Source: a bacterium (GTDB lineage Bacteria > Vulcanimicrobiota > Vulcanimicrobiia > Vulcanimicrobiales > SCRA01). Taken from it: 64,000 nucleotides of DNA. The translations under genes were made by a program, and so were the position numbers. Location of the stretch: the NCBI GenBank assembly GCA_004297985.1, contig SCRA01000038.1, positions 22,377 to 86,376 of the forward strand. Direction: 5' to 3'. Below the pieces are notes generated by a model that worked only from the letters and a program-made list of their open reading frames with translations, was not told where the DNA came from and made no database searches. Positions 21,602-31,438 of the stretch are shown here, piece after piece; positions within the stretch are counted from its first letter, which is position 1; each line of letters begins with the position of its first letter.

Positions 21602-23092
21602 ATGGCAGAGGAGAGCTCGGTTCAGGAGTACGGCGAAGAGGCGCTGGTCAAGGAGATCCCGCCCAAGGCGGCCGATCTCTCGAAGTGGTACACGGCGGCC
21701 TGCTGGAAGGCCGAGCTCTTCGATTACACGCCGGTGCGCGGCTCGATCGCGCTGCGGCCGTACGGCTATGCGCTCTGGGAGAACCTGCAGCGGCAGATGG
21801 ACGATCGCTTCAAAGCCACCGGCCACGTGAACGCGTACTTTCCGCTCTTCATCCCCGAATCGCTGCTGATGCGCGAGGCCGCCCACGTGGAGGGCTTCGC
21901 CCCCGAAGTGGCGTGGGTCACGCACGGCGGCAACGAGAAGTTGACGGAGCGCCTGGCCGTGCGGCCGACCTCCGAGGTCATCATCGGCGTCATGTACGCG
22001 CGCTGGGTGCAGAGCTACCGCGACCTGCCGGTCCTCATCAACTGCTGGAACAACGTGGTGCGCTGGGAGAAGGCTACGCGTCCGTTCCTGCGTACGATGG
22101 AGTTCCTCTGGCAGGAGGGGCATACGGCGCACGCCAGCCACGAAGAATCGACGGAAGAAGTTGCGCGCATGCTCGAGGTCTATCGCGAGGTGGCCGAGGA
22201 CGTCTGCGCGATGCCCGTGGTGACGGGCGAGAAGTCCGCCGGTGAACGCTTCGCGGGGGCGCTCCATACGTTCTCGATCGAGGCCCTGATGCCGGACGGT
22301 AAGGCGCTTCAGGCGGGTACCTCGCATGACTTGGGTCAGAACTTCGCCAAGGCCTACGATATCGAGTTCGTCGATAAGGACCAGCAGGTCAAGCACGCTT
22401 GGACGACTTCTTGGGGCGTTTCTTGGCGTATGCTCGGGGGGCTCATCATGACGCACGGCGATGATCGCGGCCTGCGTCTCCCGCCGGCGCTGGCCCCCTA
22501 TCAAGTCGTGATCGTCCCCATTCCGAAGAAGGGGAGCGGCGAGTCCGTCACTGCCGTGGCACGCCAGGTGCGTGACCGGCTGGTGAAGGCCGGCGTGCGC
22601 GTGCGCCTCGACGATCGCGACGAGCACAAGCCAGGCTGGAAATTCAGCGAGTGGGAGATGCGCGGCGTACCCTTGCGCATCGAGATCGGTGCGCGCGACG
22701 TGGAGCAGAATCAGGTCACGGCGGTGCGCCGCGACTGCGAGAAGGGCGACGCCGGCGCGAAGACGGGACTCGCTCTCGCGCGCTTGGAGTCCGGCGTGTG
22801 CGAGCTCCTCGACGCCGTTCAGCACGGCCTCCACGAGCAGGCGCGCGCATATCTCGGCCAGCACCGATTCGAGGCGCAGACGCGGGAGGAGTTCTTCGAT
22901 CTCTTGCGCCGCCAAGCCGGGCTCGTGCGCATCCCCTGGTGCGACGATGCGGTCTGCGAGGCCGAGATAAAGGCGCAGACGTCGGCCACGACGCGCAATC
23001 AGGTTCCGCTGGAAGGCGAAGCAGGTCCGGTGAGCTGCGTGGCCTGCGGGAATCCGGCGAAGACGCGCGCCTACTTCGCGCGCTCCTACTGA
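21602..23092 (+). CDS. proS: Proline--tRNA ligase (archaeal/eukaryote-like type, no editing insert)
   Basis: HVEGFAPEVAWV, VRPTSE, VVRWE, FLRTMEFLWQEGHTAH, QAGTSHDLGQNF, TSWGVSWR, C-terminal Cys motif ending ARSY. Confidence 0.97.
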   Translation: MAEESSVQEYGEEALVKEIPPKAADLSKWYTAACWKAELFDYTPVRGSIALRPYGYALWENLQRQMDDRFKATGHVNAYFPLFIPESLLMREAAHVEGFAPEVAWVTHGGNEKLTERLAVRPTSEVIIGVMYARWVQSYRDLPVLINCWNNVVRWEKATRPFLRTMEFLWQEGHTAHASHEESTEEVARMLEVYREVAEDVCAMPVVTGEKSAGERFAGALHTFSIEALMPDGKALQAGTSHDLGQNFAKAYDIEFVDKDQQVKHAWTTSWGVSWRMLGGLIMTHGDDRGLRLPPALAPYQVVIVPIPKKGSGESVTAVARQVRDRLVKAGVRVRLDDRDEHKPGWKFSEWEMRGVPLRIEIGARDVEQNQVTAVRRDCEKGDAGAKTGLALARLESGVCELLDAVQHGLHEQARAYLGQHRFEAQTREEFFDLLRRQAGLVRIPWCDDAVCEAEIKAQTSATTRNQVPLEGEAGPVSCVACGNPAKTRAYFARSY

Positions 23093-23583
23093 TGCTCGCA
23101 GCGCTGGTGCTGGCGCTTGCCACGGCGACGCCTTCGCCGGCGGTGATCTACGAGGCCGCCGCGCGCAGCGCCGGCAATCGCCGCACGGAGGCGGTCTCGG
23201 TGGCGCGGGCGCTCCTGATTCGCCCGCATCTGGCTTCGATCACCAAGGTCCGGGTCGACGGTGCCGCCGGGATCGCCCCGGTCGCCGGCATCGTGCTCTC
23301 GGGTACCAAGTTCCACGCCCACGATCTGAGTTGGGAGGCGATGCTGCGCGAGGGCGAGCGCCTGGCGGCCTTGTCCTTTGCCGCCGACCCGCGCCTGGCA
23401 GAGGTCGACATCTGGGCGACCGTGCCGCTGAACCTCGCCGTAGGAACGCCTTTCGTCTCCGGCGACTTGGCCGTTCCCGATAGCGCCGTGGTCTTCACGA
23501 GGACCCAGCGTCGGGGCGAGGCTCCCGTGCTATGGTGGGACCGGGTATGGCGAGCGAAGGCGTTCCCCGCTCGCGCGACGTAG
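23092..23583 (+). CDS. Hypothetical secreted protein
   Basis: Signal peptide MLAALVLALATATPSPA. TGATG coupling to proS. Confidence 0.7.
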   Translation: MLAALVLALATATPSPAVIYEAAARSAGNRRTEAVSVARALLIRPHLASITKVRVDGAAGIAPVAGIVLSGTKFHAHDLSWEAMLREGERLAALSFAADPRLAEVDIWATVPLNLAVGTPFVSGDLAVPDSAVVFTRTQRRGEAPVLWWDRVWRAKAFPARAT

Positions 23584-23593
23584 AAGGGGCGCG

Positions 23594-24856
23594 ATGTATC
23601 TGAAGACGACGCTGCCTAACGGTCTGCGTATCGTGACCGAGCAGTTGGCGCATGTCCACTCCGCTTCGATCGGCATCTGGGCCGATGTCGGCTCCTCCGC
23701 CGAGCGGGCCGAGCAGCGAGGCATTTCGCACTTGATCGAGCACATGCTGTTCAAGGGGACGACCCGGCGCAGCACGCGCGAGATCGCCGAGACCATGGAC
23801 GGCGTCGGCGCGCAGATGAACGCCTTTACGGACAAGGAGCAGACGTGCTACTACGCGCGCGTCATCGACACGCACGTGGAGCTGGCGATCGACGTGCTGG
23901 CCGATATGTACCAGCATCCGCTCTTCCAGCCCGATGACCTCGGTCGCGAGCAGTCGGTGGTGCTCGAAGAGATCAAGATGTACGACGACTCGCCCGACGA
24001 GATGATCCACGATCTCTTCATCCAGACGATGTGGGAGGGCTCGAAGCTCGGTGCACCGACCATCGGCTACGCCGAGACGGTGGGCGCGCAGGGGCCCGAC
24101 GAGCTGCGCTCCTACATGCATCAGCGGTATGCTCCCAACACCACACTCGTGGCCGTGGCCGGAAATGTCAGCCACGAGCGCGTCGTCTCCCTCGTGCGCG
24201 AGCACTTCGCGGAGTTCGCCGGCGGCGTCATCCCTCCGGAGGCGGACGTTCCGGCGCTCAAGCCGGCACAGGTCGTGCGCACCAAGGACTCCGAGCAGGC
24301 CTATCTCTGCCTCGGCACGCGCGGTCTGCCGATGGGCGATGAGCGCAAGTACGTACTGGCGGTGCTCGACACGATCTTGGGCGGGGGGATGTCGAGTCGT
24401 CTCTTCCAGGAGATTCGCGAGAAGCGCGGCCTGGTGTATAGCGTCTACAGTTTCCAGCAGTCGTATCGTGGGGCGGGTCTCTTCGGCGTGTACGCCGGCA
24501 CGAGCCCGGCCAAAGCGCCGGAGTGCGTCAAAGTCATCCGCGAGCAGCTCGACGAGATGGCGGCCAACGGGCCCACGGACGGCGAGTTGACGCGCTCCAA
24601 GGAGCATCTGAAGGGCTCGCTGACGCTCTCTTTGGAGTCGTCCTCGGGACGGATGATTCGCTTGGGGCGCGATGAGCTCGCCATCGGGCACCGCATCGAT
24701 CCGCAGGAGATCATGGAACGCATCGACGCCGTCCAGCGCGATGAGGTGACCGCCTTGGCGCGCGAACTCTTCGTGCCCGAGCAGCTCGGGCTCTGCGTGC
24801 TCGGTCCCGTGGACGCCGAAGGCATGCGCTTCGATTCGCAGGCCGCAGTCGCGTAG
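23594..24856 (+). CDS. M16 family zinc peptidase
   Basis: HLIEHMLFKGT (HxxEH), NAFTDKEQTCYY, GGGMSSRLFQEIREKRGLVYSV. Confidence 0.95.
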   Translation: MYLKTTLPNGLRIVTEQLAHVHSASIGIWADVGSSAERAEQRGISHLIEHMLFKGTTRRSTREIAETMDGVGAQMNAFTDKEQTCYYARVIDTHVELAIDVLADMYQHPLFQPDDLGREQSVVLEEIKMYDDSPDEMIHDLFIQTMWEGSKLGAPTIGYAETVGAQGPDELRSYMHQRYAPNTTLVAVAGNVSHERVVSLVREHFAEFAGGVIPPEADVPALKPAQVVRTKDSEQAYLCLGTRGLPMGDERKYVLAVLDTILGGGMSSRLFQEIREKRGLVYSVYSFQQSYRGAGLFGVYAGTSPAKAPECVKVIREQLDEMAANGPTDGELTRSKEHLKGSLTLSLESSSGRMIRLGRDELAIGHRIDPQEIMERIDAVQRDEVTALARELFVPEQLGLCVLGPVDAEGMRFDSQAAVA

Positions 24857-24865
24857 GCGCGGCGG

Positions 24866-25762
24866 ATGACGCACGTGATCGCCACGCAGGCGGCGGTCTG
24901 TGCGGTTGCTCCGCCGTTGCCGCTCTTTCCTTGGCAGCTGTGGGTCGCGCTAGGGCTGAACCTGGTGGTGACGGCCATCCAGTTGGGCGCCTACGGGGCA
25001 CGGCTGGCGGGCGTCATCACGGGGCGCGTCGCCATCTCGATCAGCCTCTTCAACCTCTTCGTGACGGCGAGCCGTTTGGCGAACCTGGTCTATACGCCGA
25101 TGTTCGCCTCGCTCTCCGATCATGCGCGCTGCATCATGGAGCACGCTCCGCCGGCCGATCACGCGCAGGCACTCGGCGCCTTCGACGCACAGTCGCGCAT
25201 GATTCTGCTCTCGGCGACCTTCGGCGCGCTGATCGGCACGGCGCTGCTCCCGGTCTTCATTCATCTGTACCTGCGGGGTATCTCGGTCTACGAGCGTTTG
25301 GGTTCCATCCCACGCGCGTTGCTGCGTTTGGCCGACCCCGCCGTGCTCGTGAGAATCGCCCGCAGCGCGCGCGTCCCGCGCCTCACGATGGTGCGCAGCC
25401 TCAAACCCGAGGCGGTTCCGATGAAACTGCTGGTCTCCAACGTCATCGTGACCGCCGTCTATACGGCGGGTGTGGTCGCCGCGTACTATGCCGGCGTGAT
25501 GCGCCCGGCCGCGGCGGGCACGGCGTTCGGCCTCTCGGGCCTCATCAACGGCATCGGCACCGTCGCCTTCACGCTGGTGGTCGACCCTACGTCGTCCTTC
25601 ATCGTCGACCAGGCGGTGAAGGGTGAGCGGAGCGTCGAAGACGTCAAGTCGATGGTGCTCTGGCTGGCCTTGACGATGGTGGTGGGGACGCTGCTCTCGC
25701 AACTCGTTCTCATTCCGGCGACCGATCTCATCGCCTATGTCGCCCATCTGCTCACGAGGTAG
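24866..25762 (+). CDS. amj: Lipid II flippase Amj (DUF2837)
   Basis: AYGARLAG...ISLFN...SRLAN, VYTAGVVAAYYAG, LSGLINGIGT...VDP, GTLLSQ, recognisably similar to B. subtilis Amj. Confidence 0.85.
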   Translation: MTHVIATQAAVCAVAPPLPLFPWQLWVALGLNLVVTAIQLGAYGARLAGVITGRVAISISLFNLFVTASRLANLVYTPMFASLSDHARCIMEHAPPADHAQALGAFDAQSRMILLSATFGALIGTALLPVFIHLYLRGISVYERLGSIPRALLRLADPAVLVRIARSARVPRLTMVRSLKPEAVPMKLLVSNVIVTAVYTAGVVAAYYAGVMRPAAAGTAFGLSGLINGIGTVAFTLVVDPTSSFIVDQAVKGERSVEDVKSMVLWLALTMVVGTLLSQLVLIPATDLIAYVAHLLTR

Positions 25763-25767
25763 TCTCC

Positions 25768-26427
25768 ATGCTGCGTCCGTTGCTGGCCGTTGTGCTCGTC
25801 GCCGTGCTCGCTTCGACGGCGGGCTGCGCCTCCTCGATTCAGCGCTGGGTCGTGCGGACGCGCATCTCGCAGGGGCAGCAGTCGCTGCGTGACGGGAACC
25901 TCCCCGACGCCGCGCGCGAGTACCAGCTTGCGCTACGCCTGGCCCCCGGCGATAAGACGGCGCGCGAGGGGCTGGCCCAAGTGCAGACCGAGCTGGCGCA
26001 GAAGTATTTCGAGGAGAGCCAGCTCGGTGAGGCGCTCGATGCGCTCGACGCCGCATTGAAGGCGGACCCGGAGAGCGTGCGCGTCCAAGAGTTGAGGCAG
26101 AAGATCGAGCAGGCGTCGATTCAGAAACAGATCATCGCCACGAACTTCCCCACCTACGCGCAGGCCGGGGCGCAGATCACGCAGTCGTATCGCGCGCTGG
26201 ATCTGCTCAACAAGCGGATCCAGAGAGAGCTGCACACGTTCCGCTACGACTACGATACGGCCCACCTCGATAGTGCGATCCGCGACTCCTATGCCCTGAT
26301 CGCCGAGGCCAATCGTGGGACCAACCGGTTATTGGCCTACCGCCAAGTCGTGCAGTCGGGTCTGCCGGAGTCCAGCAGCGGTGCCGCCGCGCCCGCCACC
26401 GGGGGCTCGCTGCTCCCGTTGCCGTAA
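25768..26427 (+). CDS. TPR-containing putative lipoprotein
   Basis: Lipobox TAGC after a hydrophobic signal; TPR-like AREYQLALRLAPGD and ALKADPES. Confidence 0.75.
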   Translation: MLRPLLAVVLVAVLASTAGCASSIQRWVVRTRISQGQQSLRDGNLPDAAREYQLALRLAPGDKTAREGLAQVQTELAQKYFEESQLGEALDALDAALKADPESVRVQELRQKIEQASIQKQIIATNFPTYAQAGAQITQSYRALDLLNKRIQRELHTFRYDYDTAHLDSAIRDSYALIAEANRGTNRLLAYRQVVQSGLPESSSGAAAPATGGSLLPLP

Positions 26428-28787
26428 TGCGAACGCTGCGCGCCATCGGTTTGGGGCTGGGCGCGCTGGTCCTGCTCGTTGCGCTCGCGCTGGGTGCGTG
26501 GGTCCTCTCGTGGAGCGTCTTCGCTGCGCGCCCGCAAGCGGTGGGACGACTGGCGCTGCCGGGGCTCGCGTCGACGGTAACCGTGGTGCGCGACACGCGC
26601 GGTATTCCATACGTGCGCGCGGGCTCGCTGCACGACGCATACGAGACGCAGGGCTACCTCGAGGCTCAAGCGCGCCTCTTTCAGATGGACATCCTGCGGC
26701 GTTTCGTCGGCGGACGCCTGGCTGAAGTCTTCGGGGGCAGCGCGCTCGGCGTGGATGTCGTGCACCGCCAGATCGGCGGCGAGCAATTGGCTCAGACCAT
26801 CTACCGCCATGCCGCGGCGAGCGAGCGCCTCGTGCTCGACGCCTACGCTCAGGGGGTCAACGCCGCTATCGCTCGAGGGCCGCTGCCGCCGGAGTTTCGC
26901 GTCCTGTTCTATCGCCCGGAGCCGTGGCGCCCCGAAGATTCGATCCTCTGCGGATTGGCCACCGTCATCGACCTCACCCACACGTGGAATCAGATCGCGC
27001 TGCGCCAAGCGATCGACGATCGCCTTGGGGCCCACGTTGCCGAGGCGCTCTATCCCATCACCGACCCTGCGTATGATGCGCCGCTGGAGGGGCGAGAGGC
27101 TCCTGTGGCGGCGATGCCGCCTCTGCACCGCGCACATCACGCGCGGGACGACGCCGTTGCCCTGCCGGTTGCTCTGACGCTGCCTCGCGGTGCAGACCGG
27201 GAGGCCAGCAACGAATGGGCCGTGGGGGGCGCCCACACGCGCAGCGGGCGCGCGCTGTTGGCGAACGATCCGCATCTCGACTATACGGTGCCGATGGTCT
27301 GGTACGCTATCGCGCTCCACGCGCCGGGGCTCGACGTGATCGGCGCCTCGCTCCCCGGTACGCCGGGCGTGATCTTGGGTCACAATGCCCACATCGCCTG
27401 GGGAGCCACCAACGGCACGGTCTCGACGGTGACGCTCTACCGTGAGCGCGTCGGGCGCGACTCCAGCGGCCACGACACCTATCTCGATCCGAAGACGCAT
27501 CGCTGGACGCCGATGACGGTGCAGCTCGAACGGATCGTCGTCCGCGGCCGGCACAACGTCGCTTTCAAACGCCTCTCGACTTCGCACGGATTCGTCGTGC
27601 TCGATCGAAACGGCAATCTCACGCCCTACGCGGCGGCGTGGGTCGCGGAGCGCGACCCGCGTTCGCCGCTCGATCCCTTCCTGCGTCTCGACCGCGCCGC
27701 CACGCTCGGAGAGGCGCTGGCGGTCTTGCGCCGCTACCCGGGGCCGCCGCAGAACTTCGTGCTTGCCGATGATCGCGGGCGCGTCGCCTACCATCTGGCG
27801 GGCTTCATACCCGATGACGGCATCTGGGGCATGCATGCCGTCGACGGTGCGCACGTGATCGACGCGTGGCACGGCTACGTCCCCTTCGACGCGCTCCCGC
27901 ACGTCGCGCCCTCGCGCGATGCCGTCGTCTTTACGGCCAACAACCGTACGTATGGCGCAGGCTATCGCTATCGCTTGACCGACGCCTTCGGGCCGCCCTA
28001 CCGCGCTGCGCGCATTCGCTCGCTCTTGACCGAACGTACCGCCTCTACCGCCGAGGAGATGGTGCGTCTCCAACTCGACGACCGCTCGCCGGCGGAACGC
28101 GAGCTCGTACGCGATGTGCTGGCGGCCGTGCGCCGTCATCCAGGGGAGAGCGGCGATGCGCGGGATCTCCAGCTCCTAGAACGGTGGGACGGGAGATTCG
28201 ACGGCAACTCGCGTGCCGCGACGTTGGTCTACGCGCTGCGCGTCGACGCGGAGCACGCCTTCGCCAACGCCGTGCTGGGCGCGGGGTTGGACGCGGCGTG
28301 GCTGGACGACGCCGGCGCGCTCGCGCTGACGCCGCTGCTGCGAGCCTTGCGCGAGCGCCCCGCGGGGTGGTTCTCCGACGGCAGCGGTGATCGACTCCTC
28401 TTGCACGCGCTAAGCCAGGCCGAAGCCGGCGAGGGGGCATCGCCGCAGGCGTGGCGCACCGCCGGCGCCACGCATCTTCACCATCCGCTCGCGAGGCTAG
28501 GGATGACGCTTTTCGATCCCGGTCTGATCCCCGGCTGGGGCGATGCGTTCTCCGTCAAAGTGCAGACGCAGGCATACGGTCAGAGCTTCCGTGCCGTTTG
28601 GGAGCCCGGGGCGTGGAGTCGCGGCGGCATGGCCTTTCCGCTCGGCGAGAGCGGGCGCCCCAATATGCCGCACTACCGCGATTTGCTGCCTTCCTGGGCG
28701 GCAGGTACGATCGGGCCGCTTCCGCTCGATGGGCCGGATGCCGCGGTCGGCGCGTCGGCTGCCTTGCTCCTCGTCCCGGCTCGCTAG
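26427..28787 (+). CDS. Penicillin acylase family Ntn-hydrolase (S45)
   Basis: RDTRGIPYV, ARLFQMD, nucleophile ASNEWAV, LANDPHL, GHNAHIAWGATN, TANN, GESG...HYRD. Confidence 0.92.
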   Translation: MRTLRAIGLGLGALVLLVALALGAWVLSWSVFAARPQAVGRLALPGLASTVTVVRDTRGIPYVRAGSLHDAYETQGYLEAQARLFQMDILRRFVGGRLAEVFGGSALGVDVVHRQIGGEQLAQTIYRHAAASERLVLDAYAQGVNAAIARGPLPPEFRVLFYRPEPWRPEDSILCGLATVIDLTHTWNQIALRQAIDDRLGAHVAEALYPITDPAYDAPLEGREAPVAAMPPLHRAHHARDDAVALPVALTLPRGADREASNEWAVGGAHTRSGRALLANDPHLDYTVPMVWYAIALHAPGLDVIGASLPGTPGVILGHNAHIAWGATNGTVSTVTLYRERVGRDSSGHDTYLDPKTHRWTPMTVQLERIVVRGRHNVAFKRLSTSHGFVVLDRNGNLTPYAAAWVAERDPRSPLDPFLRLDRAATLGEALAVLRRYPGPPQNFVLADDRGRVAYHLAGFIPDDGIWGMHAVDGAHVIDAWHGYVPFDALPHVAPSRDAVVFTANNRTYGAGYRYRLTDAFGPPYRAARIRSLLTERTASTAEEMVRLQLDDRSPAERELVRDVLAAVRRHPGESGDARDLQLLERWDGRFDGNSRAATLVYALRVDAEHAFANAVLGAGLDAAWLDDAGALALTPLLRALRERPAGWFSDGSGDRLLLHALSQAEAGEGASPQAWRTAGATHLHHPLARLGMTLFDPGLIPGWGDAFSVKVQTQAYGQSFRAVWEPGAWSRGGMAFPLGESGRPNMPHYRDLLPSWAAGTIGPLPLDGPDAAVGASAALLLVPAR

Positions 28788-28874
28788 GCTCGCGCGCCGC
28801 GCAGACGTTCAGCGTCTGGTCAGGAGTTGGTGCGACTGTGTGCCGAAGAGCGAACGGTGAAGGGGGGCGTCGCC

Positions 28875-29561
28875 ATGATGCGCCTGGTGGCGCGCGAGTT
28901 GATCGACGACCCCGACGTCGATCGAGCCGCGCTCGTCGCATCGGCGAGGGGTATCGAGGCATCGAACCGCCGCTTCGGCGGCCATGCCGTCGTGCTTCGC
29001 GAGCTCGATCGGCTACGCCGTGCGGGCGTTCCGGTGGAGCGGCTGGTGGATGTCGGCGCGGGCTTCGGCGATCTGGCTGAGGCGGTTGTCTCATGGGGAC
29101 GCCGGTACGGATGTTCCGTCGAGGTGCTCTGCATCGACCACCACCCCACGATCCTCGACCTCGCACGCAAGCAGCGAGGCACGATTCCGGGAGTCACGTT
29201 CATCGCCGGCGAGGGATGCTCACTCCCTCTCCAGGAGCACGGCGCCGACGTCGCGCTCTCCACGTTGACGCTCCATCACTTGGAGCCGTGCGATGCTGTA
29301 GTCATGCTACGTGAGCTGCGCCGCGTCTCGCGCGCGACGCCGATCGTCGCCGACCTGGTGCGAGGTGTCGTTCCGTACGTACTGGTATGGCTGTGGTCGC
29401 GTTTACTGGCTCGCGACCGGCTGAACCGTCACGACGGCCCGCTCTCGGTCCGGCGGGCCTACACGCCGCGCGAGGCTCTTGCGCTCGCGCGCGAAGCCGG
29501 TTGGCACGAGCCGCGCGTTCGCGTCACGGGCGTTCTGCGCATGGTGCTCACCGATGGCTGA
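28875..29561 (+). CDS. SAM-dependent methyltransferase of the family usually paired with an FAD oxidoreductase near polyketide synthases
   Basis: ELIDDP, NRRFGG, VDVGAGFGD, LTLHHL, RHDGPLSVRRAYT. Confidence 0.85.
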   Translation: MMRLVARELIDDPDVDRAALVASARGIEASNRRFGGHAVVLRELDRLRRAGVPVERLVDVGAGFGDLAEAVVSWGRRYGCSVEVLCIDHHPTILDLARKQRGTIPGVTFIAGEGCSLPLQEHGADVALSTLTLHHLEPCDAVVMLRELRRVSRATPIVADLVRGVVPYVLVWLWSRLLARDRLNRHDGPLSVRRAYTPREALALAREAGWHEPRVRVTGVLRMVLTDG

Positions 29562-30714
29562 CGACGTCGTCATCGCGGGGGCCGGCCCTGCGGGAAGCGC
29601 CCTTGCGCTGCGCCTGGCGCGCGCCGGCGTGGCGGTGCGAGTGATAGAGCGCACTGCCTTTCCGCGCACGAAAGTCTGTGGTGAATATCTCAGTCCCGGT
29701 GCGGTGCGGGAGTTGAACATGCTGGGCGTGGGAACGCGGATCGCGCCTCTCGCCGTGCCGTGCCACGGTATCCGGATCTACGCAGCGCGCGGCGGTCCGT
29801 TGGCGCTGGCCTTCGACGGCAGTGAGGCTTTGGCGCTGGAGCGCTGCGTCCTGGATGCTGTGCTCCTTGAGGCCGCGCGTACGACGGGAGCGTTCCACGA
29901 GCGGGCGCGCGTGGTCGGCGTGATCATCGAGCGTGGACGCGCCGTTGGTCTACGGGTGCGCGACCCGTCCGGAGCGCTTGGTGAGCGGCGAGGGCGGGTG
30001 GTGGTCGGCGCCGACGGCATCGGCTCGGTGGTGGCTCGGCGGCTGGGCCTCGCCGGTGAGGTGCGTGCCGCGGACGAGCGTTTCGCGTTGGGCGGCCACA
30101 TACGCTCCGCCGCTCTCGATGGATGGATCTCGATGTTCGCCGGTGCGGGCGCCTACTTTGCCGTCAACCCGCTGGGAGGCGAGCTCGCCAACGCGATGCT
30201 CGTGCTTCGTCAACGGGAGATCGCCGCATGGGGCGGACGGATCGATGCCTGCGCACGCCAACGCATCGCCCGTCTCGTCGGCGGGCGTGCTTCGCTCGCG
30301 CTCTTCCCCGCGGATGGCGAACGCATAGCCGTTGGGCCGTTGCGCCAGCGCGTGCGCCGCCCTTATGCGCCCGGCGCGCTGTTAGTGGGCGATGCTGCAG
30401 GCTTTCTGGATCCGTTCACGGGTCAAGGCGTATGGATGGCGCTGGAGGGCGCGCGCAACGCAGCGGATGCCGTTCTCGGCGTCCTACGCGGCGATGCCCG
30501 GGAGGCATCGGCGTGGCGTGGATACGCGCGGGCGTGCCGGCGCTCGTGGCTCCCACGGTGGATGCTCAGCACCGGCATCGGACTCTTGCGCAGCCGCGAC
30601 GGGTTGGCGATTCGAGCCCTCGAGCGCGCGTGTATCCATCGCAAAGTGGCGGCGAGCCTTTTCGGTGCCTGTGCTGGAACGAGCTCTGCTCTACGGCGGC
30701 CGCCAGAACAGTAG
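29554..30714 (+). CDS. FAD-dependent oxidoreductase/monooxygenase (geranylgeranyl reductase-like)
   Basis: GAGPAG, FPRTKVCGEYLSP, GADG, GDAAGFLDPFTGQG. Confidence 0.88.
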   Translation: MADDVVIAGAGPAGSALALRLARAGVAVRVIERTAFPRTKVCGEYLSPGAVRELNMLGVGTRIAPLAVPCHGIRIYAARGGPLALAFDGSEALALERCVLDAVLLEAARTTGAFHERARVVGVIIERGRAVGLRVRDPSGALGERRGRVVVGADGIGSVVARRLGLAGEVRAADERFALGGHIRSAALDGWISMFAGAGAYFAVNPLGGELANAMLVLRQREIAAWGGRIDACARQRIARLVGGRASLALFPADGERIAVGPLRQRVRRPYAPGALLVGDAAGFLDPFTGQGVWMALEGARNAADAVLGVLRGDAREASAWRGYARACRRSWLPRWMLSTGIGLLRSRDGLAIRALERACIHRKVAASLFGACAGTSSALRRPPEQ

Positions 30715-31413
30715 CCGGTCGAAGGTCTCGGCGGCGGCGGTGTACTCATCTTCCGAGAGCAGCGCCTGCTCGTGCGCGGTGCGCCTGGAAAGCATCTCGA
30801 GCTGGAAGGTCAATGCGATTGCCAGTGGGCGCGGCTCCCCGAGCGCTATGGCGTAGCCGCTCTCGCGCAGCGCTGCGATGTATGCGGAGAAGGCCCCGAT
30901 GCGCGCGCGGCGCCGCGTCCTGCGCAGCGAGGCCAGGGCCAGCTCGGCCCAGGTGCGCATCAGCCCCGCCGGTGCCACCGGGCGTCGCATCAGGTCCACT
31001 ACCCATGCGCGCAGCCGCGTACGCTCCTGGTCGACGGTAGGCGCGATTGCCGTCAACTCGACCAAGCGCGCGTCCAGCATCTCGTTCGCCCGGCGCGTGC
31101 AGTACTCGAGCAGTTCTCGGCGATCGTGAAAGTAGCGATAGAACGTCCCGTGCGCCACACCGGCCTCCGCAGCGATGGCACCTGCCGTGAGCTCGCCCCA
31201 GGGCATGCGGTCGATCAACCGGAGAAAGGCATCGATGAGCAGATTGCGCGTCTGCACCGCCGGCCGGCGCCGCTTGACGACCGGTGCCTCATCACCTGCC
31301 TTTCCGGCGTAGGTCCAACGGTTACGCACGCGTCCCGTTTCTGGGTCGCGATAGCTCTCGACGCGGTAGCGATACTCGCGCCCGCCGATCTTTTTCAATA
31401 CGTCGTAGGCCAA
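30691..31413 (-). CDS. TetR family regulator with an extra basic beta-rich N-terminal domain
   Basis: HTH IAAEAGVAHGTFYRYF, preceded by KKIGGREYRYRVESYRDPETGRVRNRWTYAGK. TTG start. Confidence 0.85.
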   Translation of the reverse strand: MAYDVLKKIGGREYRYRVESYRDPETGRVRNRWTYAGKAGDEAPVVKRRRPAVQTRNLLIDAFLRLIDRMPWGELTAGAIAAEAGVAHGTFYRYFHDRRELLEYCTRRANEMLDARLVELTAIAPTVDQERTRLRAWVVDLMRRPVAPAGLMRTWAELALASLRRTRRRARIGAFSAYIAALRESGYAIALGEPRPLAIALTFQLEMLSRRTAHEQALLSEDEYTAAAETFDRLLFWRPP

Positions 31414-31415
31414 CG

Positions 31416-31438
31416 TGGTATTATGATACGACTGTCAT
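31416..31438 (+). promoter_or_regulatory. Extended -10 and candidate TetR operator between the divergent TetR and MFS genes
   Basis: TGgTATTAT at 31416-24. Imperfect palindrome ATGATA-cgac-TGTCAT at 31423-38. Confidence 0.45.
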
